64,000 bases of DNA, taken from NCBI GenBank assembly GCA_963777605.1, contig CAVZRV010000030.1, positions 192,001 through 256,000 of the forward strand, in the 5' to 3' direction. Shown here one piece after another: positions 1-8,881 of the stretch (the stretch's first letter is position 1; each line of letters begins with the position of its first letter). Below the pieces are notes generated by a model. The model ran no database searches and was not told the origin of the DNA. It worked only from the letters and a program-made list of their open reading frames with translations. The DNA comes from an uncultured Acidobacteriota bacterium. GTDB taxonomy: Bacteria; Acidobacteriota; UBA6911; RPQK01; JAPXNP01. Position numbers and translations under genes: made by a program.

Positions 1-54
1 TCCTGCCGCCCAGGGCAGCAGTGTCCGCTTCTGAATTCGAGACCAGGCGCATGA

Positions 55-1647
55 TCACCGGTCCCCGTCGACCAGCAGCACGTGAAAGGCCTGTCCGAGT
101 GACTCGATCACGTCGCCGGCGATTAGCGAATCGGCCCCCGAAATCTCGGCAGCTATGTCGGCGGCCATCCCGTGCAGAAAGACTCCAAGGCAGACAGCTC
201 GGGTCGTCTGCTCCAGCAACTGCATTCCCTCGGCCTGGTAGCGTCCGATCATCGACGTAAGGATACCGGTGAGGACATCTCCCATGCCGGCGGTCGCCAT
301 TCCCGGATTCCCGGTCGGGGACACGAATACAACCCCGTCCGGGGCCGCCACCAGGGTCCGGAAACTCTTGAGTACCAGCCAGACGCGGTGTCGCATTGCA
401 AATTCCCGGGCTATTTTGTGTGGCTGGCGGAGGATCTCTCCTGTGGAAAGTCCGGTCAAACGGGAGAATTCTCCCGGGTGGGGAGTGAGGATAAGCGGTT
501 GTCCGTTTTCGTTGACCAGGCGGTCGGGTTCCCCGGAGAAGGCGTTGAGGCCGTCGGCATCGACAACCAGGGGGACGGGCGATTTCCTGACCACTCGATG
601 GGTGAACTCGACGGTCTCGGGATGAGTGGTGAGCCCGGGGCCCAGTGCGGCACCATCCAATTGGCTGAGAAACTCCAGGACTGGTTCGGCAGCGGAGCTG
701 GCAAAAGAGCCCTTGCCGGTGGATGAGAACCCGGCGGTCATCACTTCGGGGCGAAATGCGGCCACGGTGGCCTGGGCCTTTTCGGTCGTCAACACGGTGA
801 CGAGGCCGGAACCGGCCCGCAGGGCGGCCTGAGACCCGAGCGATGCGGCTCCGGCCTTGCCGCTGCTGCCGGCGATCACTGCGATGTGGCCGTAGGTGCC
901 CTTGTGCGAACTGGTGACCCGGGGGATCCGCCATGCGGTCGCATCGTCCAATGCGATCAGGTTGAGGTAGTGTTCCGCCTTGTCGAGGAGTTCCGGGGGG
1001 GTTCCGATGGGAGCGATCGTGAACTCACCGAGCGACTCCAGGTCGGGGCTCAAAATGTGGGCGATCTTCGGTGCGGTAAACGTCACGGTCGCATCGGCTT
1101 CCACGCAAAGTGGACAGGGTTCGGCCGAGTCCGAGATCATTCCCGATGGGATGTCCACGGCGAGGATGTATGCATCCGTCAGGTTGAGGTCCTGGACAAT
1201 TCTGGCATAGAGCCCGGAGAGGGGTTTCGTGATGCCGGTTCCAAGGATTGCGTCCACGATAATGTCGTACGAATCAAGACCTGGGAGCAGGCCTTCCCAT
1301 ATCGACTCCTCGGTGACCTCGAAAATGGGGCACCCCCATCCGACCAGGGCTCCCAGGTTGACGGCAGCGTCGCCTGAGACCTGGTCGCTGCCGGCCAGCA
1401 GGTAGACGTCGGGAAAGCTGCCTCGCTGCATCAATTGTCGGGCGAGCACCATGCCGTCTCCGCCGTTGTTTCCCTTTCCGCAGATGATTGCCACCTGTCG
1501 GAGCGGAAGGTCGTCAAAGGCATCTTCCAGAGCCGTGTAGAGCTGGAAACCGGCATTCTCCATGAGGGTGAGGCTGGGAATGCCTGCGTTTGTGGTCGTC
1601 TCTCGATCGACCGATCCCATCTGTCCGGCGGTCAGGATTTTGGTCAT
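55..1647 (-). CDS. nnr: Bifunctional NAD(P)H-hydrate epimerase/dehydratase (NnrE-NnrD)
   Basis: YjeF_N motifs LMENAG, CGKGNNGGDG, DAILGTG, AVDIPSG; carbohydrate-kinase-like C-domain with SHKGTYG, VVDADG, LTPHPGEF, GNPGMATAGMGDVL. Confidence 0.95.
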   Translation of the reverse strand: MTKILTAGQMGSVDRETTTNAGIPSLTLMENAGFQLYTALEDAFDDLPLRQVAIICGKGNNGGDGMVLARQLMQRGSFPDVYLLAGSDQVSGDAAVNLGALVGWGCPIFEVTEESIWEGLLPGLDSYDIIVDAILGTGITKPLSGLYARIVQDLNLTDAYILAVDIPSGMISDSAEPCPLCVEADATVTFTAPKIAHILSPDLESLGEFTIAPIGTPPELLDKAEHYLNLIALDDATAWRIPRVTSSHKGTYGHIAVIAGSSGKAGAASLGSQAALRAGSGLVTVLTTEKAQATVAAFRPEVMTAGFSSTGKGSFASSAAEPVLEFLSQLDGAALGPGLTTHPETVEFTHRVVRKSPVPLVVDADGLNAFSGEPDRLVNENGQPLILTPHPGEFSRLTGLSTGEILRQPHKIAREFAMRHRVWLVLKSFRTLVAAPDGVVFVSPTGNPGMATAGMGDVLTGILTSMIGRYQAEGMQLLEQTTRAVCLGVFLHGMAADIAAEISGADSLIAGDVIESLGQAFHVLLVDGDR

Positions 1648-1743
1648 GCAACTCCTCCTCGCGTGTTTTGAAACCTTTGCCCGGATTCCCAGTCTTAAAT
1701 GATAGTGGAATTGCTGGACAGGCAGAAGCCGGCCACTTGTGGC

Positions 1744-1772
1744 TTGGGTCTGCCCGCGCTGCGGTTTATAAT
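1744..1772 (+). promoter_or_regulatory. Putative sigma70 promoter of the M48 protease gene
   Basis: TTGGGT-N17-TATAAT, then GAGAGGAA RBS before the GTG at 1799. Confidence 0.5.
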
Positions 1773-1798
1773 AGGGGCAAAAGAAGAGAGGAAAAGCA

Positions 1799-2842
1799 GT
1801 GAGATCCGTCTACGTTCGTTTCTTCTCAATACTTTTGGCATTTTCGATTGCGTTCCCGTCGGCTGCCCTCGCCGGGCGAAAGCACACGGACGTAGAGGAC
1901 ATCGGCAATCGTGACATCAACGGGCGCGTCGCCCTGATCTTCCCGAATTTCGTCTCCCTTGAGAAGGAAATCCAGATCGGCTCCCAGTACGCGCAGTTCT
2001 TCGAGCAGACCGCTCGGATGATCGAGGACCCTGTGGTCACCGAGTATGTGGACCGGCTCGGCCAGGAACTGGTCAAGAACTCCGATGCCAAGGTTCCGTT
2101 CGTGATCAAGGTCGTCGACACCGATGAAGTCAACGCGTTTGCTCTTCCGGGCGGTTACTTCTATGTAAACAAAGGGCTGATTCTGGAAGCGGAGAACGAA
2201 ACCGAACTTGCCGGAGTCATGGCTCACGAGATCGCCCATGTCGCCGCCCGCCACGCCACGGAGCGGATGACCAAGTCGCAGTTGATGCAGTTCGCCGCGC
2301 TGCCCGCTCTCTTTATGGGTGGTTACTGGACCCAGATGGCAATTTACAACGGGCTCGGGATGGGAATGTCCCTGGCCGTTCTGGGAATCACCCGCAAATC
2401 GGAAGAGGAAGCCGATCAACTGGGGACGCAGTACCTGTGGAATTCCGGTTACGATCCCCAGGGATTCATCACGTTTTTCGAGAAGATGCAGGCCCGGGAG
2501 AAAAACAAGCCAGGGAAGTTCGCGAGTTTTTTCCGAACTCATCCCGCGGTCGATTCCCGGATCACCAAGGTCCAGGAGGAGATTGGCTACCTCCCGCCGA
2601 AGGACGAGTACGTTGTGACGACGTCCGAGTTCAACCGGGTGAAAGCACGGCTGATCGCGATTGACAACAAGCTGGCGACGCCCGGTAGCGGCGATTCCGG
2701 CGCTGGTTCCAAGAGGCCGACGCTGAAACGGAAGACCAATACCGACCGGTCCGAGAAAGAAGAGCCTACTCTGAAAGAGGACAAGCCGACGTTGAAGCGG
2801 CCGACCTTGAAGAAGGAAAATGAGGACGACGGCGGTCGGTAA
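1799..2842 (+). CDS. Secreted M48 family zinc metalloprotease (BepA/YfgC-like)
   Basis: Signal peptide; VNAFALPGG, HEIAH (HExxH), EEEADQLG, FFRTHP motifs. Confidence 0.9.
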   Translation: MRSVYVRFFSILLAFSIAFPSAALAGRKHTDVEDIGNRDINGRVALIFPNFVSLEKEIQIGSQYAQFFEQTARMIEDPVVTEYVDRLGQELVKNSDAKVPFVIKVVDTDEVNAFALPGGYFYVNKGLILEAENETELAGVMAHEIAHVAARHATERMTKSQLMQFAALPALFMGGYWTQMAIYNGLGMGMSLAVLGITRKSEEEADQLGTQYLWNSGYDPQGFITFFEKMQAREKNKPGKFASFFRTHPAVDSRITKVQEEIGYLPPKDEYVVTTSEFNRVKARLIAIDNKLATPGSGDSGAGSKRPTLKRKTNTDRSEKEEPTLKEDKPTLKRPTLKKENEDDGGR

Positions 2843-2866
2843 TCATTGAATTTTCCCCGCCTCTGC

Positions 2867-2903
2867 AAAGCCGTGCTCTTCGGAGCACGGCTTTTTTGTT
2901 TTT
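2867..2903 (+). terminator. Rho-independent terminator
   Basis: AAAGCCGTGCTC-TTCG-GAGCACGGCTTT perfect stem with UUCG tetraloop, then a T-rich tail. Confidence 0.9.
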
Positions 2904-2986
2904 CGCCTCCTGAAACAATTTCGCCGAGAATTTCGTAATCACGTTGACGAACGGTCGTTTTTGAAAGTGGAAGGATTGGAGCTACG

Positions 2987-4624
2987 ATGAAAGTCTCTCG
3001 ACTGATAGTCTTCGCAATTGCCTTTTTACTGGGGTTGCCCGTGGGAACCGCTCAGGTGCTTCAGCAGGCCGAGCCTGAGGTTCCCGAATCATATGAAGCC
3101 AGGGTCCGAAACTCCGGGGCATTCATGGAGTTGACCCTGCGGGATGCGATTCGGCTCGCATTGACCAACAACCTCGATCTCGAGATCGAGAACTACAACG
3201 AGGACCTGAACCGGATGCGCGTTTTCGGGACGAAGGGGTACTACGATCCGGTCCTCGAATTCAGCTTCGGATGGAACTCCAGCACGAGGCCTAATACGAG
3301 CATCCTTCAAGCGGGAACCGGTGTTCCGACGACGATTGGGAAGACCTGGACCTTCAACACGACCTTGCTTCAGAATGTGGCCGGGGGTGGCAACTTCCAG
3401 TTGAATTTCAATAACAACCGGGGGACGTCGAACAGCGTTTTTAGTACCATCAACCCTCAGTACGTTTCGAATTTCGCCCTCAACTTCACCCAGCCTCTCT
3501 GGAGCGGGTTCCGGCAAACCCAGACGGAGCGGCAACTGAAGCTCTATAACCTGGACACTCAAATCAGTGACAGCCAGTTCAAGCAACGGGTGTCCGAGAT
3601 CATTCAGCAGGTTCAGAGCCAATACTGGGAGCTGGAATTCACGATTCAGAATTTCGAGGCGCGCCGGCGTTCGCTCGAACTGGCGATCGTGCAGTACAAG
3701 AACAACCAGAAGCGGGTGGACATCGGCGTCATGGCACCGATCGAAATTACCTCCTCCCGCGCCGAAGTTGCCACCCGTGAACAGGACATGATCCAGTCGG
3801 AAGTCCAGATCATCAACTCGCAGAACGCCCTCAAGAACCTCCTGGCTCCGGACCCGAAGGACAGCCTCTGGTCATTGACTGTCCTTCCGACTGAAGATCC
3901 CAAGATGGTGGATATCACCGTGTCGCTGGATGAGGCGATTCAAAGCGCCCTGAGCCGGAGGCCGGAGCTGGAGCAGCTGAATCTGCAGCTCGAACAATCC
4001 ACGGTCAACCGAAAGTTCTATCGTAACCAGGGCAAGCCCCAGGTAAACCTCGTGCTGGGCCTTCGCTCGATCGGTACTGCGGGAACCGTCTACGACACGA
4101 CCGGTGGCTTGGGCGAACCGGTGACCAAGGTACCGCAGCCCAGTAGCCCCTTCTATGGAAGTGTCGGCAACTCGCTCGGGCAGGCGTTCGGATTCAACTA
4201 CCTTACGTACGATGCCGGTGTAAACGTACAAATCCCGTTGCGGAATCGAAGCAACGATGCGCAACTCGCCCAGGTGGCAATTACCGAGCGGCAGCTGCAG
4301 AGCCGGACCAAGAGTGCGCAGCAGTTGATCATGGTCGATGTTCGAAACGCCTACGAACAGATCGCCACTCGCAAGAAGGGGCTTGACTCGGCCAAGGTGG
4401 CGCGTCAGCTCACGCAGGAGCAGCTCGATGGCGAGAACAAGCGGTTCGAGGCCGGACTCTCCACCAACTTCGAAGTGTTGCGATATCAGCGCGACCTTGC
4501 CGATGCCCAGGTCCAGGAACTGAGGGCCATGGTGGACTACCAGATTGCTCTCGTGGCGCTCCAGAAGGCGATGTTCACGATCATCGATCAGAACGACATC
4601 ACAACGGCGCGTCGAGATAACTAA
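2987..4624 (+). CDS. TolC family outer membrane efflux protein
   Basis: Signal peptide; two OEP repeats (LTLRDAIRLALTNN; ALSRRPEL; RFEAGLSTNFEVL). Confidence 0.9.
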   Translation: MKVSRLIVFAIAFLLGLPVGTAQVLQQAEPEVPESYEARVRNSGAFMELTLRDAIRLALTNNLDLEIENYNEDLNRMRVFGTKGYYDPVLEFSFGWNSSTRPNTSILQAGTGVPTTIGKTWTFNTTLLQNVAGGGNFQLNFNNNRGTSNSVFSTINPQYVSNFALNFTQPLWSGFRQTQTERQLKLYNLDTQISDSQFKQRVSEIIQQVQSQYWELEFTIQNFEARRRSLELAIVQYKNNQKRVDIGVMAPIEITSSRAEVATREQDMIQSEVQIINSQNALKNLLAPDPKDSLWSLTVLPTEDPKMVDITVSLDEAIQSALSRRPELEQLNLQLEQSTVNRKFYRNQGKPQVNLVLGLRSIGTAGTVYDTTGGLGEPVTKVPQPSSPFYGSVGNSLGQAFGFNYLTYDAGVNVQIPLRNRSNDAQLAQVAITERQLQSRTKSAQQLIMVDVRNAYEQIATRKKGLDSAKVARQLTQEQLDGENKRFEAGLSTNFEVLRYQRDLADAQVQELRAMVDYQIALVALQKAMFTIIDQNDITTARRDN

Positions 4625-4650
4625 CCACTCCTGATCTTTCCGATTGCTCG

Positions 4651-4694
4651 CCGGCACCGGTGACCTCCCGTCAAGGGTCAGTCACCGGTGCCGG
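4651..4694. terminator. 14-bp perfect inverted repeat after tolC (possible terminator or mRNA stabiliser)
   Basis: CCGGCACCGGTGAC-N16-GTCACCGGTGCCGG; no U-tail. Confidence 0.5.
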
Positions 4695-4815
4695 GAAGAC
4701 CTCCCCCGCGCATACTTGCCGCTGGCTCGGCGATACGCGAAAGGGCATTTAATCCCGGTCGCTTGCCTTTGAATGAACCGTAGATTGCCAGACCCGGTTC
4801 CCTATAATTGTCAAA

Positions 4816-5634
4816 ATGGCCGTATCTGTCCTGAGCTTCATTGTTGGTCTCGTCATCGGCAGTTTCATCAACGTTTGCATCTACCGCCTGCCCAAAGGGC
4901 TCTCGGTCATCTTCCCCAGGTCCCGGTGCCCTGGTTGTGAACGCCTGATCAGACCGTGGGAGAATATCCCGATCCTGAGCTACGCGCTCCAGCGGGGACG
5001 CTGCCGGGGATGTGGCCACCCCATCGGCTGGGTCTATCCGGCGGTCGAGTTGATAACGGCAGTCTGCTTTCTGCTGCTCTACCTGAAATTCGGTCTGACG
5101 GTGCCGCTGCTTGTTAACGCTTTCTTCATTACTCTGATCATAGCGCTGATTTTCATCGACCTTTTCGACCGGATCCTGCCCGACGTGATCACGCTCGGGG
5201 GCACCGCATGCGGTATTCTCCTGGCCCCGTTCCAGTCCTCGGAGTTTCTCGGCGGACCGGGTTCAATCTCGATTGGGGGGCCATACGTGAAAGCCTACCT
5301 CGCCGCATTGCTCGGTGTTCTACTTGGCGGTGGCTTCCTCTGGCTCGTGGCGATCCTTTACCTCAAGCTTCGGAGGATCGAGGGGATGGGGCTGGGGGAC
5401 GTCAAGATGATGGCGATGGTGGGAGCATTCCTGGGCTGGCAATTTGCCTGGCTCACCATCCTGGCGGGCTCCTTCCTGGGTGCCATCGTCGGAGGGCTTT
5501 ACATTTGGCTCCAAAGCCGTGGACGGCGCTACGAACTGCCCTTCGGGTCTTTCCTCGGACTTGCGGCGATTGCGATCACTCTTTCGGGGCCTGAACTGCT
5601 CAACTGGTACCTGGGGTTCTTTTTCGGCTCGTAG
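4816..5634 (+). CDS. pilD: Prepilin peptidase/N-methyltransferase (peptidase A24)
   Basis: GSFINVCIYRLP, two CxxC (CPGC, CRGC), FIDL and GLGDVK aspartate motifs, LPFGSFL; multiple TM segments. Confidence 0.95.
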   Translation: MAVSVLSFIVGLVIGSFINVCIYRLPKGLSVIFPRSRCPGCERLIRPWENIPILSYALQRGRCRGCGHPIGWVYPAVELITAVCFLLLYLKFGLTVPLLVNAFFITLIIALIFIDLFDRILPDVITLGGTACGILLAPFQSSEFLGGPGSISIGGPYVKAYLAALLGVLLGGGFLWLVAILYLKLRRIEGMGLGDVKMMAMVGAFLGWQFAWLTILAGSFLGAIVGGLYIWLQSRGRRYELPFGSFLGLAAIAITLSGPELLNWYLGFFFGS

Positions 5635-5698
5635 TTTTTCCTCCTCGAACGTTCTTTATAGATGAGAACGGCAATGGTGCCGGAAAGGAGGAAACGAG

Positions 5699-6016
5699 AT
5701 GTTGAGAATCACAGTTGCTTGTCTGGTTGGTGTTGTCCTTTTCATGGTGGGGGTGCCTCTCGCTCAGGATGCCCCACCGGTCAACGACAAAGCCAAGGTT
5801 GACCTGAACGTCGCGACCATCGAACAGCTCGACGAGTTGCCCGGGGTCGGGCCAACGACAGCCCGGCGCATCGTAGACTACCGGGATGAAAACGGGCCCT
5901 TCAAGAGAATTGAAGACTTGATGAACGTGAAGGGGATCGGTGAAAAGAAATTCCTGAAGCTCAAGGAGTTGATAGCCGTTCAGTCTGCTCCGGCTCCGAA
6001 ACCCGTCGAACAGTGA
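5699..6016 (+). CDS. comEA: ComEA-type periplasmic helix-hairpin-helix DNA-binding protein
   Basis: Signal peptide; VDLNVAT, LPGVGP, GPFKRIEDLMNVKGIGEK. Confidence 0.9.
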   Translation: MLRITVACLVGVVLFMVGVPLAQDAPPVNDKAKVDLNVATIEQLDELPGVGPTTARRIVDYRDENGPFKRIEDLMNVKGIGEKKFLKLKELIAVQSAPAPKPVEQ

Positions 6017-6021
6017 CGCCG

Positions 6022-6066
6022 TGGGGGCCGTATCCGAGGGCCCGGAACGGTTCGGTGCGGCCCCCA
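6022..6066. terminator. GC-rich hairpin after comEA
   Basis: TGGGGGCCGTA...TGCGGCCCCCA inverted repeat right after the stop codon. Confidence 0.45.
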
Positions 6067-6290
6067 TTGTTCTGCTCGATCTCACCTTCTGATCTCCGTT
6101 CTGAACCGCCTGACTTCGAACTTCCCCTCAGTGGTAAGACCCCGCGAAATTCGGTAGAGTAAAGTACTTGATTCCGGCCAGAGGCAGTGGCGGATCCCGG
6201 GAGCCGGGGAGCCCGGGAGAGATTTCCGTTTTTCCACCAAACCTCGGATCAGCCGCTCACGTTGAGAAACTGGACGATAGGGGGAAGCGA

Positions 6291-7166
6291 ATGTTCGAAG
6301 GAGTCATTGCGCCGGTAACGACACCTTTCACCGAGCAGGGTGAACTGGATCTGGATGCATTCCGAAGAAACCTGACTCGGTATGCCGCCGGTCCGCTGAG
6401 CGGGTACCTGGTTGGGGGCACGACCGGTGAAGGACTTCACCTCACTCCGGATGAGAAGCTACTGCTGCTCCGGGAAGCGTCCAATCAAGTTCCTGATTCC
6501 AAACACCTCCTGGCTGGCTTGTCGGCCTCTTCGCTGGATGCGGGCCTCCGGCAGTTGGAGCAGTTCCAGCAACTCAGGTTGGATGGCATACTCATCAGTG
6601 TTCCGAACTACTACAAGTCGAGGATGACGGACGAAGCACTCGAGTTCTATTTCCGGACGCTCGCGGATCACTCGAGCGTTCCCCTCCTTCTCTACAACAT
6701 TCCCCAGTTGTCGGGCCTCGAACTCAGCCTCCCCCTGGTCGAACGCCTCTCGGCTCACCAGCGAATCATCGGGATGAAGGAGAGTTCCGGAAACTTGATC
6801 TACCTTCAGGGCGTCTTGAATAGAATAGGCGGACGGGAGTTCCAGGTCGTCAGCGGTTCCGCCGAGACGGCCGGACTGGCGCGTCCGCTCGGTATCGAGT
6901 GTGGAATTCTTGCGATTGGGTGTGTGCTTCCCGACATGACTTGCCAGTTGTTCGACGTGGTTTGCCGGGACCAATTTGCGGCGGCACAGGCAAGAATGTT
7001 CGACGCAGCGTCCGTCATTGTGAGGGGCCTGGGAGTCCCGGGAGTAAAGTTCGCAATGGATCTCTGCGGCCTGGACGGGCGATATTGCCGGCGGCCGTTG
7101 ATGCCCCTGACCGAATCAGAGAAAGTGCGAGTACGAACTACATTGGAGCGTGCCGGTTGTCTATGA
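6291..7166 (+). CDS. DHDPS/NAL-family class I aldolase (4-hydroxy-2-oxoglutarate aldolase-like)
   Basis: GGTTGE, PNYYKSRMT, LLYNIP, Schiff-base Lys in GMKESSG; start moved to ATG 6291 after an AGGGGGA RBS. Confidence 0.85.
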   Translation: MFEGVIAPVTTPFTEQGELDLDAFRRNLTRYAAGPLSGYLVGGTTGEGLHLTPDEKLLLLREASNQVPDSKHLLAGLSASSLDAGLRQLEQFQQLRLDGILISVPNYYKSRMTDEALEFYFRTLADHSSVPLLLYNIPQLSGLELSLPLVERLSAHQRIIGMKESSGNLIYLQGVLNRIGGREFQVVSGSAETAGLARPLGIECGILAIGCVLPDMTCQLFDVVCRDQFAAAQARMFDAASVIVRGLGVPGVKFAMDLCGLDGRYCRRPLMPLTESEKVRVRTTLERAGCL

Positions 7167-8797
7167 AGTCCGACTGTATCGACTACCGGCATCTGCCGGG
7201 GCAGAATCCGCTCTTTTTGGCCTTTATGTATGATTTCGAGAGGGTTCAGTCGTACTACCGGCCACTGCCGACGTCCCGGGAGGAGTGGCTGGCCCGGGTG
7301 CAGAGGGTGCTCGATGCGCCGTCTTTCCCCCGGTCCGATTTGATCGAGCTCCTGGACGGTTTCAACCGTGAATTGAACGTGTCCGAGGAGAGTCTTCGCA
7401 ACCTTGAAATGCTCTCCCGCCCCGATTCAGTGGTCGTAGTGACCGGCCAGCAGGTTGGCCTGATGGGTGGGCCGAGTTTCGCCTTGTATAAGGCGGCCAC
7501 GGCAGTCCGCCTGGTTCGCCGCCTGCGGTCCTGGGGGATCCCCGCCGTACCGGTGTTCTGGCTCGCTTCGGACGACTCGGACTTTGATGAAGTTGCCTCC
7601 ACCGATTTTCTCTCGACCGGCGCTGGCGAAATTCTCAGCCTGACCCATCCCGATCCGCGAGGCCGGAAGGAGCAAATGGCGGGTACCGTCCCGCTCGGGG
7701 AGGACGCGCGCTGGTGGCAGGAGGCTCGCCGCCTGCTTGAAAACTCTCTGGTCGATCCCTCCTTGCGAGAAGGGCTCCTGTCGGCGTATGAGCCGGGACG
7801 GACCTTCCGGGAAGCCTTTGCGCGCTGGATGAGTCGGGTCTTTTCGACACAGGGACTGGTTTTCTTTGACCCTCTGCTGCCCGGTTATCGTGACGGCTTG
7901 ACAGGTTTTTTCAAGGTCGCAATCGAACGGCGCGAGGAGCTGGTGGCAGCCTTGATGGAGCGTAATGCGGAGCTTTTGGAAGCCGGTTTTTCTCCCCAGG
8001 TTCACGTAGAATCAACTGAGACGCTGCTTTTCTGGTTGAAAGGGAGGGAGCGTTACAAGCTGGATTTCCAGAACGATGCCTACCGCGCCAAAGGCTTGCC
8101 CCGACTGCACTTGACCGGAGATGAACTAGTGAAGGCGCTTTCCGACGGTAGTGGGTTGGTGGCTCCCAACGTTCTACTCCGACCAATCGTGCAGGATTTT
8201 TTATTTCCGACGGTGGTTGGCGTCACCGGACCGTCGGAGGTAGCCTATTTCAGCCAGGTGAATGCCATCGCTCCGTTTTGGGAAAAGGAGCTGCTGGTCA
8301 CTCCGAGGCTGGCCTTCTCGGTCGTCGGGCGAAAGAGTGGTCGACTTCTTGCGAAGTATGGATTGACTCCGGAGGCCCTGTTGACCAGTTCGCAGGAGGA
8401 GCTGATCGAGCAGGTTCTTCGGCAGGGAGAGACCAGGCGGGTTCTCGAGAGCGTAGATGGTCTTCGGTTCTGTCTGGAGGAGAAGTTGGTCGAGCTGAAA
8501 GAGAGCCTCGAGGAGATTGATGCCCCGGTGGCAGCCATGGTGGAAAAGGCGGCCGGGAAGATTCGTCACCAGGTAGAGAGGGTCAACCATCGATTCGTCC
8601 TGAACCGGCAGGAGTTGGACGGGTTGCTGAGGCGCCATCTCACCTACCTGAGGAACAACCTCCTGCCGTCGGGTCACCTCCAGGAAAGGGTGATCAATTT
8701 CAATTACTTTCTCAACGAGGGAGGACCCGACTTCCTGGAGGAGCTGATTCAGGCGGACGATCGGGAATGTCCGTCGCATCGGGTAGTGTACTTGTGA
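7163..8797 (+). CDS. bshC: Bacillithiol biosynthesis cysteine-adding enzyme BshC
   Basis: VVTGQQVGLMGGP..LYKA, PVFWLASDDSD, PNVLLRPIVQD, GPSEVAYFSQ, LQERVIN; ATG 7163 overlaps the upstream TGA (ATGA). Confidence 0.9.
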   Translation: MKSDCIDYRHLPGQNPLFLAFMYDFERVQSYYRPLPTSREEWLARVQRVLDAPSFPRSDLIELLDGFNRELNVSEESLRNLEMLSRPDSVVVVTGQQVGLMGGPSFALYKAATAVRLVRRLRSWGIPAVPVFWLASDDSDFDEVASTDFLSTGAGEILSLTHPDPRGRKEQMAGTVPLGEDARWWQEARRLLENSLVDPSLREGLLSAYEPGRTFREAFARWMSRVFSTQGLVFFDPLLPGYRDGLTGFFKVAIERREELVAALMERNAELLEAGFSPQVHVESTETLLFWLKGRERYKLDFQNDAYRAKGLPRLHLTGDELVKALSDGSGLVAPNVLLRPIVQDFLFPTVVGVTGPSEVAYFSQVNAIAPFWEKELLVTPRLAFSVVGRKSGRLLAKYGLTPEALLTSSQEELIEQVLRQGETRRVLESVDGLRFCLEEKLVELKESLEEIDAPVAAMVEKAAGKIRHQVERVNHRFVLNRQELDGLLRRHLTYLRNNLLPSGHLQERVINFNYFLNEGGPDFLEELIQADDRECPSHRVVYL

Positions 8798-8881
8798 CTC
8801 GGTGCCTCAAGGCTGGGTGAGGGATGTTTATGTTGGGTTTGATCGGTCGATTCGATGGGTGACAGCGGATGATGTGAAGTT

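Noticed and set aside
6899-7162. N-terminal extensions given in the ORF track (bshC from 6899, PIG-L from 24796, yjbQ from 39604, kinase from 54737, GH9 from 36474)
   Set aside because: They overlap neighbouring genes or precede the family N-terminus; better starts with an RBS or translational coupling lie downstream.
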